64,000 nt of DNA from the human T2T-CHM13v2.0 reference genome, Homo sapiens, in the NCBI RefSeq assembly GCF_009914755.1, contig NC_060929.1; one strand, given 5' to 3'. A model generated the notes under the pieces. It worked only from the letters and a program-made list of their open reading frames with translations. It ran no database searches and was not told where the DNA came from. Both the position numbers and the translations under genes were made by a program. Below, piece by piece: positions 25,056 through 38,513 of this stretch (within the stretch, counting starts at the first letter, position 1; the number at the start of each line of letters is the position of its first letter).

Positions 25056-28000
25056 GTAGGTGAAGCAGTGGGTAACCTGCTATCACTGACACCAACTCTA
25101 GATCAGAAGATTTTTGGCTCATGGCTAAAGAAGTCCTCTGTATGCTCATTCTTAACTGAAGAATTTGAATTAAAATTCTTGTCAACTAAAACAGGAGTCC
25201 ACAGACATATTGGTCCCTAGGAAAACCTTGAGTGACTCGTTAGGCTTATTAAACCAATGAGAGTAGCCCAGAAAGGCAGAGAAAGATCCCTGTAGCCACA
25301 CATCACAGGCACACTCCACATTGCAGGCCCTCTGAGTAGCTGCAAACATTCTCAAAATGTTGAAACAGAACTCTCAAAGGTCCTGAGAGTTGTCTTCACT
25401 TTCTTCTCACTGCCTACTTCCCATTGTATGTGAGATCTCAAGCAGTATCCCCATTCCTGGACATTGAAGCCCCAAGCACAATGTTTTGCACAGAGTAGGT
25501 CCACAATAAATATTGAATCTAGTCACTGTTTGAATATTCAAATATTGGAACTAGATCAAGTCTAGTTTCTGAGGGAAAAATTCCTCACATATCAGATTAG
25601 GGTTTTCTTCCAGCCAGGTGGAAATGAGGTTTTTTCCAAAGGATGTTATCCATAAAGAAATGCTTTGTTCCCTGTTTTTACCTGCCCAAAGCAAGCAAAC
25701 CTGAGAGCAGTGGTGTAAATGTCACTGGTTGATACAGGCTGTCTTTAATTGTTCAGAGGGACAGGTGTCTTGGTAAGTGGGTAACACACAAATTCCACAG
25801 GTTCTAATAGGTCGATATCACTTTAACTCACACTTAGAAGTAAGGTGAGTTCATGGCACAGACAAACTGGAACACAGTTGTGCAGATGCACTGGGCACAG
25901 GTGATGCCCTCCTACAGGCCTGGGAACCAGAGTTCTCTACCTGGTGAAGCAATAGGACAGCTTCCCAGCACAGATCAATGACCCCTGAATAGCACACTGC
26001 AGCACTTTCCCAAGAAATCCAGTGACAGCAGGTTTGTCTAACTTCTACCACATCACTCCAGCCCCTAAGAGCATGGAATCTGTAGATCATCCAATAGCTC
26101 TCTGAGCAAAAACAAAAAGGAAAATATGTCATCATGTCTAGAGCTTGAGCCAAACAGCAAAGATGAAAAGAATGCTTCTGTATCAAGTGAGTTGCAAATA
26201 GCACAAGCAGAAACAAAATTCCGTCCAAATAATACATCTCTGAAAAAGTCATCAGTAACTGCAGACTTCAAAGGATCCCCACTTGCTAAAATAAGAAATT
26301 GGAAACAAATGCAACCAACCCAAATTGATGTTACCACATTACCTGAATTTTTTCCTTCTTATATTTGATCCTTTCTTCTAAATATTTTTTGTCAATACAG
26401 TCTTTTTATTATTCTACTCTCCTACAATGGCCAATATTTTCCCAGATATTTAAGAATGAAATAAATATAAGATTGAAATGAGACTTTACTTTTACTAATT
26501 ATCATCTTAGGCAGGTATTTTTGTAATGGCAACTTGAATTCAAATGTATTCTAATGTTCTTTAAAATATATCCTCAAAAAAATTAACGTAGGGAATTATA
26601 AAGAACAAAAGTTAAAATGGGTCCTAGTCCTACTACCTAGAAAACCCAAACATTGGAGAAAGGTAGACAGTGAGAAGTCATCCCTCCCCACCTTCCCTAG
26701 TGCCACTCCCCATAAGAGACTGTTTTCAGAATATCTTCCAGATACAGGGTTGCTTATCTACCAGGATATATGCATGTAACACACACATACACATATATAT
26801 ACACACACATGTGCACATTTTATTACCCAAAAGGAATGATAAAACACTCTTCTGTACCTTGCATTTTACATAATCTTAGAAAAGTTTTCATATGAGGACA
26901 TACAGATCTAACTTATTCCAGTCCTGGCTGGATCATAATTTATGTAACCAATTCAATATTAACAAGACATTTGGTTGTTTTGCATTTTTATTTTGTTTTG
27001 TTTAACCATCATAAGCAATGCTGCAAAAAAAATAACAAACATCTTTGCAAACTTTTGGAAAAAATCCTACACAATAACTTAGTGTATTTCTTAGCAACAA
27101 CTTTGATACTGTATAACTGTACAGTTATATTGTAAAAAAAATGATGGGTAGAAATAGCAATAATAGTATTATTTCTGAAGCAGGATCCCCCTGAGTATAG
27201 ATATTTACTATTATAAATATATTGATCAACACTTAAGTAACAAATGGAAAAGTGTCAGATCTCTTTAAAATGCAAATGCAGACCATATTAATTTAGAAAT
27301 TGGCCCCATTTAGGATCTCACACAAAGATCTTCTGGAAGGCATAGGAAACAATTCATGCACACACATCCAAGCTTTCTGTTTCAAATCCTAGTCAGTTTT
27401 CCCATTTTCCATGTCAGGCTGACAAATCATTGTTTCCTCTCATATATAACCTTGACAAATACATCCACTCAAGTCTCCCTGTGACATATTTTCCTTTTAA
27501 GGATATGGAAAAAATCATTAAGGCATAAAAGAGGGAAAGACAAGGTTTTAGTAAAGAAACCCAAAAAATTCTACTTCAGAAAATATCCACCCCAAGTTTT
27601 TAAGAAATAGAATCAACATTCTATAATTAACGTAAATTGTCCAGTGGGAATAAATGGAAAGGATATGCACAGTGTTCTCAGACCCCTACCCTCACTGCTC
27701 ATCCCCTAATCCCCCACGCAAAGAAGCTACCCTGGTTGGAATCCCACCTCAGAGCCCCAGAAATGAGTGAGGAGAGGGGAGGTCCCCAGTTTCATTCTAG
27801 TCTGAGTGGTCCTATGAGGGTTTCTCTGATCTCATCATCACTTTGCTTGCAGAACTTAGTTGGCAATCTTAAGCAAAGAAGTTAAGATCAATCCAGTGGC
27901 TTTAGGTCCAGAATACTAAAACCTCTGGATCATCCATCTTAAAGGTGGTCTCTACACTAATGGTGGAAACAGATTTGACCAACCTCATTCAGACCCAAAC

Positions 28001-28522
28001 CATTCAAATTGGTTTGCAACTAAAGAAGGATAGGAAGAACGAATAATACAGGCATCCAATAATGAACACTGAAGGAGCTCAATACCCTATTATTATATTT
28101 TAGCCACACCAAAGTGAAAACCCCTGGCTTATAAATCCATTCATTCAACTAACAAGTACTGATTGTCTACTATGTTAACATACTAGTCAATATAACAGTA
28201 ATCTTGGGAAGACTTCTACTATCAATTCTAAAGTAATACTTTTGTACTTATTTAGAAACTTGAGAATTGGTAGACATGTAATGCACAAACTCTTAGCAGA
28301 AAATCCACAAAGAAATATGTTTTCAAAGGAATTTATGTTAGTCTTAGAAACATACATTGGACGATAAGCCCATAGGCAAGCATTTCTTTTTATTTGGTGC
28401 TTTTGTAACTAAAAGTAAAATTTACTTTAACCTAAGCTATAAGATACTTAAATAAAAGAAATATTAACCTTCAAGAACAAAAGCAAACTAAAATATTTGG
28501 CTTTACAAACATCATCCAACAG

Positions 28523-28625
28523 ATCTACCAACATAAATTTTTATGAAATCTCTTCGGATGGGAATGTTCCTTCAATCGTGCACAGTTTTGAAGATGTTGG
28601 TCCAAAATTCATCTTCTCCCTGAAG
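28523..28625 (+). CDS. ITGA2: Integrin alpha-2 exon 24 (STNINFYEISSDGNVPSIVHSFEDVGPKFIFSLK)
   Basis: cag|ATCT, AAG|gttggt, 103 nt; within ORF 28497..28709. Confidence 0.93.
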
Positions 28626-28727
28626 GTTGGTAAGCCTGTCATAAGGATGGCAAATCCAGGAGAAAGTGAGAAGAAAAAAAATGAGTCTGGAAATAAAAGG
28701 AGAAAGTAAAAAGAAATTGAAAGAGAT

Positions 28728-28911
28728 CCGTGGTTCTCAAACTTGGGTGTGCATTACAATCACCTGGAGGAATTGTGAAACCACAGATGCTGGGCTTTAT
28801 CTCCAGCGTTTCTGATTCAGTAGGTCTAGGGTGGGCCTACACATTTGCATATCTAACAAGCTCCCAGGTGATGCTTATGCTGCTGGTCCAGGTGCCATAC
28901 TTTGATAACCA
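28728..28911. mobile_element. MER5A
   Basis: GTGGTTCTCAAACTTGGGTGTGCATTACAATCACCTGGAG...TGATTCAGTAGGTCTAGGGTGGG...TAACAAGCTCCCAGGTGATGC...TTTGATAACCA. Confidence 0.8.
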
Positions 28912-29957
28912 ATAGGCTAGATCATAGTTAAGTAAACAACTGGGCTTTGTGCATAGTTATGTGTCTTGGGTAAGGGATACTTGATATATTTTGAAGGCAA
29001 ATGTTCAACATTAACCAACAGAGCATTACTATAAAGGAAGGTATTGCTGTGGGTAAAAGTCTTTGGCATATAATTATTATGCCAATTTATCCTCAGAGAC
29101 CACTTCTGTTTGAGTTTACCATTTGTATACAAATCTGTACAGTAATACTAGGTAGTATCTAAAAATATTTTTGAACCAAATTCTATTTACTATTAGTAAG
29201 CGATTATTAATCTAAAGATTACTACCAGTTAAAGATAAATTAATTTGTGAAAGAATAACTATTTTATATTGTAATTAAAGTTAAAGAAACTTTGGAAAGT
29301 AAAAAGAATTTATCCACTATCCTAAGCCAATACCATTTTATTTTTGTTCATTTCTCACTTGTTTGTTACATGGTTGCAACTCTGCAATTTTGTGATAAAA
29401 AAAATCTTTAGAAGAATCTTTATGATCTAGATACTACAATAGAATTTATAAAATGTGGATGGTATTTGGCAACTACATTCTTTAATGGGGCATCTATTCA
29501 ATTCGCGGTAATAACATTCATAGAGTGTGTAATAAGTATACACCAGCCATGGTATCAAGTGCTTTACATATGTTATCCCATTTAGTTCCCAGATCGGTTA
29601 TGAGCTTGGTATTATTATTCCCAGGGATGTTATTTAAAATATTTAAATAACCAGTAGTGTATGAGCCCTGGCCAATTAGAACAGAAACCCCCACCCATGA
29701 GAACAGATGCTGTACCAGTGCCCTGTGCCAGCACATACATACTGAATTTCTGATCATCTTTATTTTACAAATAAGAAAAGCATAGAGAGGTCAAGTTCCT
29801 TGCCCAAGCCACACTGCTAATCAGCAGCAGACTGGGACACAACACTCCGGCAGCCCAGCTCCACAGATGGCATTTTTAACCATTTATACCACATGTCTCA
29901 CAAAGTCACAAATTACTTACCCATTAACATTGTAGATGTTGAGTTTTTTTCCATTGA

Positions 29958-30086
29958 GCCATTTATGCCCAGTGTTCCATTATTGGCGCACTAAGCATGT
30001 GGGAGTTACTTATATCCTACTGCTCAAGGTCATTGCCAAGGTATGATCGAAATTTCAAAAAAATTGCAACCTCAGGCATAAATGCG
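29958..30086 (+). mobile_element. MER85 piggyBac (PGBD3-derived) MITE
   Basis: Degenerate TIRs GCCATTTATGCCC...AGGCATAAATGCG; internal GTTCCATTATTGG and CCTACTGCTCAAGGTCAT; TTAA-like flanks. Confidence 0.85.
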
Positions 30087-30261
30087 TTTTAAGAGGTGAG
30101 ACACAGAGACCTGAAGTGTGACTATAAAGTAATGGCTGACTTTCATTTGGACTCAGTCTTACCACCTCGTAGTTGCCCTTCATCAACACGGGGTTACTGG
30201 TGAATTTCCTTGCATCATGTACATCCTGTTGCAGTACTGGCACATTTTATTCTCTACATAG

Positions 30262-30372
30262 GTAACAACAGGAAGTGTTCCAGTAAGCATGGCAACTGTA
30301 ATCATCCACATCCCTCAGTATACCAAAGAAAAGAACCCACTGATGTACCTAACTGGGGTGCAAACAGACAAG
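30262..30372 (+). CDS. ITGA2: Integrin alpha-2 exon 25 (VTTGSVPVSMATVIIHIPQYTKEKNPLMYLTGVQTDK)
   Basis: tag|GTA, AAG|gtaaag, 111 nt. Confidence 0.95.
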
Positions 30373-31342
30373 GTAAAGATTAAAAAATTGCCTAAAAATG
30401 TGTACTTTCAAGATGTAAATAACCCATGAGATTAGGGTGATCATGTCTGACATTTTACAGATGGGAAACAGATGGTAACTCCTATGCAGCCTGGGTGCCA
30501 ACTGACTAGCAGTTAATTTCATATTAGAAAAAATATTGTTACAAGAAAACAAATGGCTGAGTCTAGGGAATTGCAGGTGGCAGAAATTATTCCAAAAACC
30601 CCATTTTGGCCTGGTGAAGATCTGACTTTGACAGGCCCTGTGAAGGCTGGGAGGTAAGGGGCTGGACCTATATGGGGAGCATAGCAGGTCTTCACAGCTG
30701 TGATAAGGAGCTGGTCTTCAAGCAGCCAGCCTGGACTTTCGCCTGGTAATACTCAACCCTGGCTGTTCATTTTAATCCCTCTGTTCGCTCTTTTAAATAA
30801 CAGTGCCCAGACCTAACCCAGGCAATTAAATCAGAATCTCTAGGGGTAAGATTCTTACACCAGAGTTTTTCTTTAACCACCCCCACTCCATCCACACCAT
30901 GGTTCTAACACGCAACCTGGGCTGAGAAGCGCTGCTCTAGCCAAACCTCTTGACATTGGCTCATCTTCAGTCCAACAGTTGTATTATTCAACAGTTGTAT
31001 TATTTCTGTAGTGTGCATAGGAGGCTACAGAAAAATCAAAATCCTAAAATGTTCCAGAGAAAATTACCCTGAATTATTCACAGTGTTTAGCTATTGCAGA
31101 TTTGCCTCATCATATGTGGGCTATAAAAACCTAGCCCACCTCATCAGTTCACATCAGGAGCATTTAAATACTTGATGTTCACCTAGAGATTATATGAAGT
31201 GTGGCCAGGTCAGTGGCGTTGAAAGAAGCCTAACAGCCCTTCCCAGACCCCTACAAGTGACAGTAGGATTTCCTAACATGTTGAAAGGAACATCATAAAC
31301 TGTTTTGCTTCTGAAGTCTGATCGGGTGTTCTTCTTTTATAG

Positions 31343-31447
31343 GCTGGTGACATCAGTTGTAATGCAGATATCAATCCACTGAAAATAGGACAAACATCTT
31401 CTTCTGTATCTTTCAAAAGTGAAAATTTCAGGCACACCAAAGAATTG
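31343..31447 (+). CDS. ITGA2: Integrin alpha-2 exon 26 (AGDISCNADINPLKIGQTSSSVSFKSENFRHTKEL)
   Basis: tag|GCT, TTG|gtgagg, 105 nt. Confidence 0.95.
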
Positions 31448-31590
31448 GTGAGGACAAGTTAACGTGTGAAAGCTCCCCTCATTCATTTATTTCACCTGTG
31501 ATCAGGACGCTGCTTTTCTCCTACCAGCTGATATCATAGAGCTTTCTTATTTTGCCTTTGATGCTTATATGAGTCAAGATTTAGAAAATA

Positions 31591-31652
31591 TTAGGTTGGT
31601 GCAAAAGTAAATACGATTTTGAAACCCACAATTTACGTTTGCACCAACCTAA
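31591..31652. mobile_element. MADE1 (Hsmar1 MITE), internally shortened
   Basis: TTAGGTTGGTGCAAAAGTAA...TTACGTTTGCACCAACCTAA with TA flanks. Confidence 0.9.
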
Positions 31653-32269
31653 TATGTGGTCAAATCTAGGTTACTGGAATTATCTTATGCCACTTCTTAC
31701 AAAATATAAGTTCCAGACTTTATGACATCAGAAAAACTCATGTGAAGCTATTGTGTTTATGCGTTGTGCACTTTGGAAACAAGGCAAAGAGCTGTGAAGG
31801 AACTAGCTGTGTGCTACAGAGGAGAAGCCCCTTAAATCCCCCTTCCACATAATACTGATGTTTTTTATTTAGCTGTGAAATATGCTGCTGCACTTCTCTG
31901 TTTTTCAATATTTTGTTATTTCCTGTTCTCAAGCTATGCCTGCTTCTTTGGGAAAGAGACTAGTCTAGCATCTGGCATGGTGCTCGGCACATATTAAATA
32001 TTCAAATAAAGTAAACCTTTAGTAAGCAATAACTCCTAAACAAACCTCAGCTCTCCCCTATGAACAATATTGGAATTCTCCTGGTTTTCTTTAATTGCAG
32101 TTGTTTTATTTTGTGAAGGATGGGGAAAACAGGAAACCAGAAGAATAAAATTATTTCTTTTAATGTGTATTAATCTACAAGTAGGTAAATGCATGCTGTA
32201 ACTGAAGTGGGCCACACTACCTTTTGGCCTTGAACATAGGCCAATGTGTCATAGATTTTCAATTAATGA

Positions 32270-32630
32270 CTTCATTTTTTAATGCAGTTTTACATTCATG
32301 GAAGAATTGAGTGGAAAGTACAGAAGTTCCCATATACCCCCTGTCCCACACAGCCTCCCCCACTATCAAAATCCCGCACAAGAGTGGTATATTTGCCACA
32401 ATCGATGAAACTACATTACTATATCATTATCAACCAAAATCCATAGTTTACATTAGGGTTCACTCTTGGTGTTGTTAAAATCCACGCTGTGGAATTTGAC
32501 AAATGTAAAATGACATGTATCCACCACTATAGTATCATACAGTGTATATTCACTGCCCTACACATCATATGTGCTCTGCTTATTCATCCTGCCCGCCCCA
32601 CTAGCCCTTGGAACCACTGATCCTTTTTCT
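32270..32630 (-). mobile_element. L1MA/MB 3' fragment
   Basis: TTGAGTGGAAAGTACAGAAGTTCCCATATACCCC...CATAGTTTACATTAGGGTTCACTCTTGGTGTTG. Confidence 0.7.
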
Positions 32631-33089
32631 GTCAACTTGTTTAAAAACCTAGGGAGTCTATAATTAGGTTTAATGACAAATTGTAGTACATTTTGTGCAT
32701 GTTTACTAATTTATTTAACTAGTACATTGTTGCTAAACAAGTTACAGTTTTGGGGGGGGTTGGTTTTTAGGTTTTTTACTCTTAGAAATAGTAGTGCAAT
32801 AAACAGGCTTGGGGTACTTTGTTCCACATATTGCTGATTATCTCCTGAGGCTATCTATACAGACAGGAAATGGATGGGGTAAAGAGTGTGCACTTGGTAC
32901 ATTTTGAGATATAGTCCCACAATCCCTTGAAGGAGGGCAGGAGAGTTAGAACTACTAATAGCTCATGAGATTGCCTGTTTCCCTAGGTGTGTCCCAGCAC
33001 TGAGTTTTATCTAGCTTTAAAATTTTAGCATTTATTTTTTAACTCTTACTAACTTGCTCTCTCTTTTACCTTTGACTCAATACTATAAG

Positions 33090-33203
33090 AACTGCAGAAC
33101 TGCTTCCTGTAGTAATGTTACCTGCTGGTTGAAAGACGTTCACATGAAAGGAGAATACTTTGTTAATGTGACTACCAGAATTTGGAACGGGACTTTTGCA
33201 TCA
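33090..33203 (+). CDS. ITGA2: Integrin alpha-2 exon 27 (NCRTASCSNVTCWLKDVHMKGEYFVNVTTRIWNGTFAS)
   Basis: aag|AAC, TCA|gtaagt, 114 nt. Confidence 0.94.
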
Positions 33204-35623
33204 GTAAGTATCAGTTTTATTTGTTAGATTTATCAATAGCAAGGAAACATAAGTCTGCACTGACAAGTTCTTCCCCTTTGACAAAATAAGTATTCTGGCT
33301 AATGTCTGCAATGGCCAAATAACCCAGAGCATTTTACCCTGAAAGGCAGCACACTTCCATCGCTTTCCAATGCCCATCCAATTTAGCAGTGCCTCAGAGT
33401 CATCTGGGATACTTGTGAAAGGGTCTGTTTCTCAGACTCCATGCGACCTACCACATCAATGGGAATGGTGTCAGGGTCATCTCTGCGGCCCTGGGCTACA
33501 AGGGGCAGCCTGCTTTGTCCCCCTCTAGGGGTTCCTCCACTCTCCATCTTCCCAGTCTCCTGTGCCACACCCAAATCAAAATGTCTGTGTCTCTGTCTCA
33601 CTCCTTGAGCTCTCAGTTAATTGTATGATTGATCTCAAACCACCTAGTAGATGAATCTAGCATAAAGATATGTCTTCCTATATTACAGCCAGGTCATCAC
33701 CCTGCTCTCCTGTTTTACCCTTTTCCTGTTGGGAGAGCCCAGTGGGCACATGACTTTCTAAATCATCTCAATCCCCATGAAAGTTTGAAGAAAAAGCCAA
33801 AACAATGTCATTGTTTTTTTCCATATGGCAACTGTGAGTCTGCTCTAGTTATATTTGCTTTCAGCAGGGATTTTGGTAGCTAGAATTTCAGTCTGGCATG
33901 AAAAAATATAAGGATAGACAGGCCTCCTTAAACTGGACTGCTTGTGTGGCTAGCATTCCTTTTACTGACATGGGCTCCAATTGAGGAAGAAAAACAGAAA
34001 TTAGTCTGAAACCTCCTGGGGATCTTTGTAGCTCTTACTAGATTTTTTTTTTCTTTTTAACAAATAAATCAGTTCCCAAGGTGCTTACAACCAAACGCTA
34101 CTCATTTTTTTTTCTGTTTATCATTTCATGATCTCTCCAATAAATCCACTTCCTGCTATAGAGTTTTGTAAAACTGGAGAACTCAGCACCCTCCAAACTC
34201 ATCCCTGGAGTCAAATATAAGCAATATTCTTGGACAAAGACATAGAAGAAAACGGAATAGTAAAAGTTAGAACAAAATGCAGAATTGGGGGAATGGGGAA
34301 GTGAGGAGTTGAATATTTCTTCTGGCTTGCTTGCTTGCTTTTACTTTGTTTTCTTGTTAGTTGCATTTGCTTTCAAGTCTTCAGGACAATTCTAGGTCCT
34401 TTAAGACGTGAAGCGTGCCGTTAGTTGTTATCACCTTCCCAGCTGCTGCAGTGTGGTGCTCAGTTTTGCTCCATTGGTTCTTGGCTCCTTGGATTTGAGG
34501 AACAAATGTTTTCATAGCAAATTTTGCCAACTGGAAGGAACACTGACTGTTGCACATCAAAATGCACACATGCCAGCTCTGTAAAACACATTTGGATTTT
34601 CTTGAGTTTAAGACTACATCACTTTAACTGTGAAACTTTTTAAAGTACCTTCCCAACGATCTTCAGAAGCAGTTTATTTCTGGGAGTAAACTTCCTAGAA
34701 AGTGTAGTATTTATGCTGCTTTAATGTGGCTATGGTGGTTAAACTAAGAAAACACCCTTGAGATGTCAAGGTATGTCAAGTGACATACAAGGATTGTGTC
34801 AAGTCCTACATATCTTCCTCCTTCATGAAAAGTCAAATGTTTATCCTCACCTTGCTTCCAGCAATTTAAGCAGCAAAGTGGATGTTTCTCAGACCACTTA
34901 GGAGATCCAGTCTGAAATATGGATCTCATTTCCTGTATTTGAACCCATTAATGCACTGCCTTTTGTTGCTACCCTTTCTCTGATGTAGTGCAAGGCAACT
35001 TAACATTTCAAGTAATTTCATTACAAAGTGATTGATCAGGGCTCCAAATTGATGATAGAGTTGCTGCCATTTGTAGGGAGAAGCCTTGTTGAACGCTAGC
35101 AGGTGCGTTACTTCACTCTCCAGATGTGTGTGGCATGCTTACCTCTACTTGTTAACCCTGCAGGATATTGTATGCCTGTGAGAAGGGCCTATTTTGAGAA
35201 TGCTATAAGAAAAATTCTTTCATCTTTAGTCTTTGGGGATTATGAAACCAGCATTTACTTAACTGCTGCTTTTTTTCTTAAACTTAAACCATTATCAATA
35301 CTCTTAATGTTTCCCCCAATAATATGTTTAAGAGACTGGTGAGCATGGTTAATTTCTGATCCAATCATCTATATTGAGAAAATTAACAGTAACCAGAGAC
35401 TGAGCCAGTGGAAAGGAAATAAATTGCTCAGTTTTTGGAAATACATTCTTTCTGGCTCCCAGATATTGTTTAGCAAATTACCTCACAGAGTATGTCCAAT
35501 AATGTGCCCTAGTAACCAGAAAAACTGAGTCCTAGTAGCCACAGCATGTGAAAGCAGCTCTAACATCTAAGCGCTGCATTCCGCTTCACAGTAGCATCAG
35601 ACCTAATGTAGAGAAAATAGTGA

Positions 35624-35955
<332 letters not shown>

Positions 35956-36404
35956 TGAAAACTAGGCTCTTTTTCTGTAACTAGATGGAGGAATGAATGT
36001 AAAGTTATTTCGAATTAGTAAGTTACCAGTGACATCAGCATAAAATATCCTTCCTATATACCTGCCCCAAATTAAGTATTATTTGATAGAAACACTTAGA
36101 TAGGAAATCTGAAGTTATACTGATGTGATATAACAAGGTGAAAGGTTCAGGGCCATGGGTGGTCAAGTTCAAGTGCACTTTTAAACACTATCATTTTACA
36201 CACATGTACCCAGAAGGAAAGTTCTCTTACCTTTTAAATGTTGGTTTTCCATTCCATTGTGTGACTTACTCAGGTAAGTATACAAAGATGCCAAGTTTAC
36301 AATTTTCTCTCATGTCACAAACTTATTTTTTAAAAAATCTGAACTGTGATCTTCCCAGTTAGAAATATTCATTTTTAAATCCTCACTTTTCAACCCAGTT
36401 CTCA

Positions 36405-36552
36405 AGTTCAGATCTCCTCAGGGAGATATTTTAACCTACTCATGTCTGGATCCCACCCCAGAGAGTTGATTTGTGGTGGCAAGGTGCAGACAGACATGTA
36501 TTAAAATTACCCGAGGTATTTCTGACGGGCAGTCCTGTTACACAGCACTGGT
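36405..36552. mobile_element. MER5-type element
   Basis: CCCACCCCAGAGAGTTGATTT...CCGAGGTATTTCTGACGGGCAG; diverged; boundaries approximate. Confidence 0.45.
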
Positions 36553-36701
36553 TTAAGCACACACAGATTCTGGATGGGTCTTCAGAACCATTTGCTCTTG
36601 TCACATTCCACCAGGAAATAAATACATAAATCATAAGCATGCCAGCTTCTCTGCATTTGCTGCTGCTACGATAAAACATATTCCTTATTCTTATGTTCCA
36701 G

Positions 36702-36791
36702 TCAACGTTCCAGACAGTACAGCTAACGGCAGCTGCAGAAATCAACACCTATAACCCTGAGATATATGTGATTGAAGATAACACTGTTACG
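36702..36791 (+). CDS. ITGA2: Integrin alpha-2 exon 28 (STFQTVQLTAAAEINTYNPEIYVIEDNTVT)
   Basis: cag|TCA, ACG|gtgagc, 90 nt. Confidence 0.95.
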
Positions 36792-38105
36792 GTGAGCATA
36801 TCACACCCTTCCCTGTGAGCCTCAGGGTCTGTGATGGCATTCCACTTCTAAAAGCCTGGGATAGTCACTCTTCTTACCTACATGTATGTAGAAGTATCTT
36901 ACTAAAACTTTAAAGATCTGATGTTTATTATGTTGAGATTTTGGCGAGGGTGTGTGCTACTTAAAAAGTTCAGTGATACACTTGCCTTCCTCCATGCCCC
37001 CCACTCATGTCAGCAAAGCTGGCTTTCCTAGAGGTGGTGATCCAGTGAGAAGTACAACAAAAGGGGCTCTATGTTCTTTGGGACTCCATGGTGTCTCTTC
37101 TCATGACTAAGCCAGCAGCACCAGTTCTTCCTTTCTCCTCCTGCTTACACAAAATGGTCTGGAGCTTAGGCCACAAAACTTAATCATGCTTATTTAAATC
37201 ATAAATTGTATTTTGAAAAATTTTTAAAGAAAGGTACTGAAGCATGCTTAATAAATAATGCATTTATTAGAGGGTTTTAAAAAATAGTTCTCCTTACAAC
37301 TAGACACTGACACTGTGTGGCATGTCCATTCATTAGATCTTACATTCGGGAGGACTATAAATGGTCCCCTTGATAAAAAAAAAAAAAAAAAAGCTTTTAC
37401 AGAGAAATGTACTTTCACAGAAAACAAAGGCTCTCTGTTCTAAGAGCTGGCATGAGATAATTTTCCTCTGCACTGACTCTGGTTAGAATATGCCATGTTT
37501 AGATACAGTGGGATTTCCATGCCCAGCTAATCTGCTGGCAGAGCCCTGAGCATTTTCCTCCCAGTGCTTGTGTTAGGAGTTGAAAGCCAGTTTAAGAGTC
37601 TGCCCCCAAGGCCAGCTTGGCAGTTGGCCTCAGTCCACTGCTCTGGCTTGGTCAAAAAGTTATGGCCCCATGAACTATGGGCCTCCTCACTCCATGCCTG
37701 AGAGTGAAGCTCACAGCACTGGAGCCCCACTCTTGTCCAAGGGAAAATGATTCCACGCAACAGAGCACACTTCTCTGCCTCTGGTTTAGGAGCCTCAGTG
37801 AAAGCCTACACCCTCTCTTCAGACACTGGGGCCTGGAAAATCAGAAATAGAGCCAAAGGAAATGCAGACTTCAAATTCAAAATGCTATGAACTTAGCATA
37901 GGGGAGAAATATTATAGATTTTTTTTAAAAGCTCATTTTAGAAAAACATAGTGTTCAGACAATATGTGAAACTCTACTGAAGACTGTTTTTAGAAAGCAG
38001 TATTAAATATATCAATTGGAAATTCAAATGAACAATTTTAATAAATCCATTAGATTCCTCTTTTATTGGTTTCCTCTGAGCAATACTAATAAATAACAGA
38101 AGCCA

Positions 38106-38513
<408 letters not shown>

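Noticed and set aside
25851-26368. Overlapping 80-133 aa ORFs in ITGA2 intron 23
   Set aside because: No recognisable domain or splice context; probably old repeat-derived or chance ORFs
29958-30086. MER85 as a snoRNA-like gene
   Set aside because: Terminal inverted repeats and TTAA-like flanks identify a piggyBac MITE
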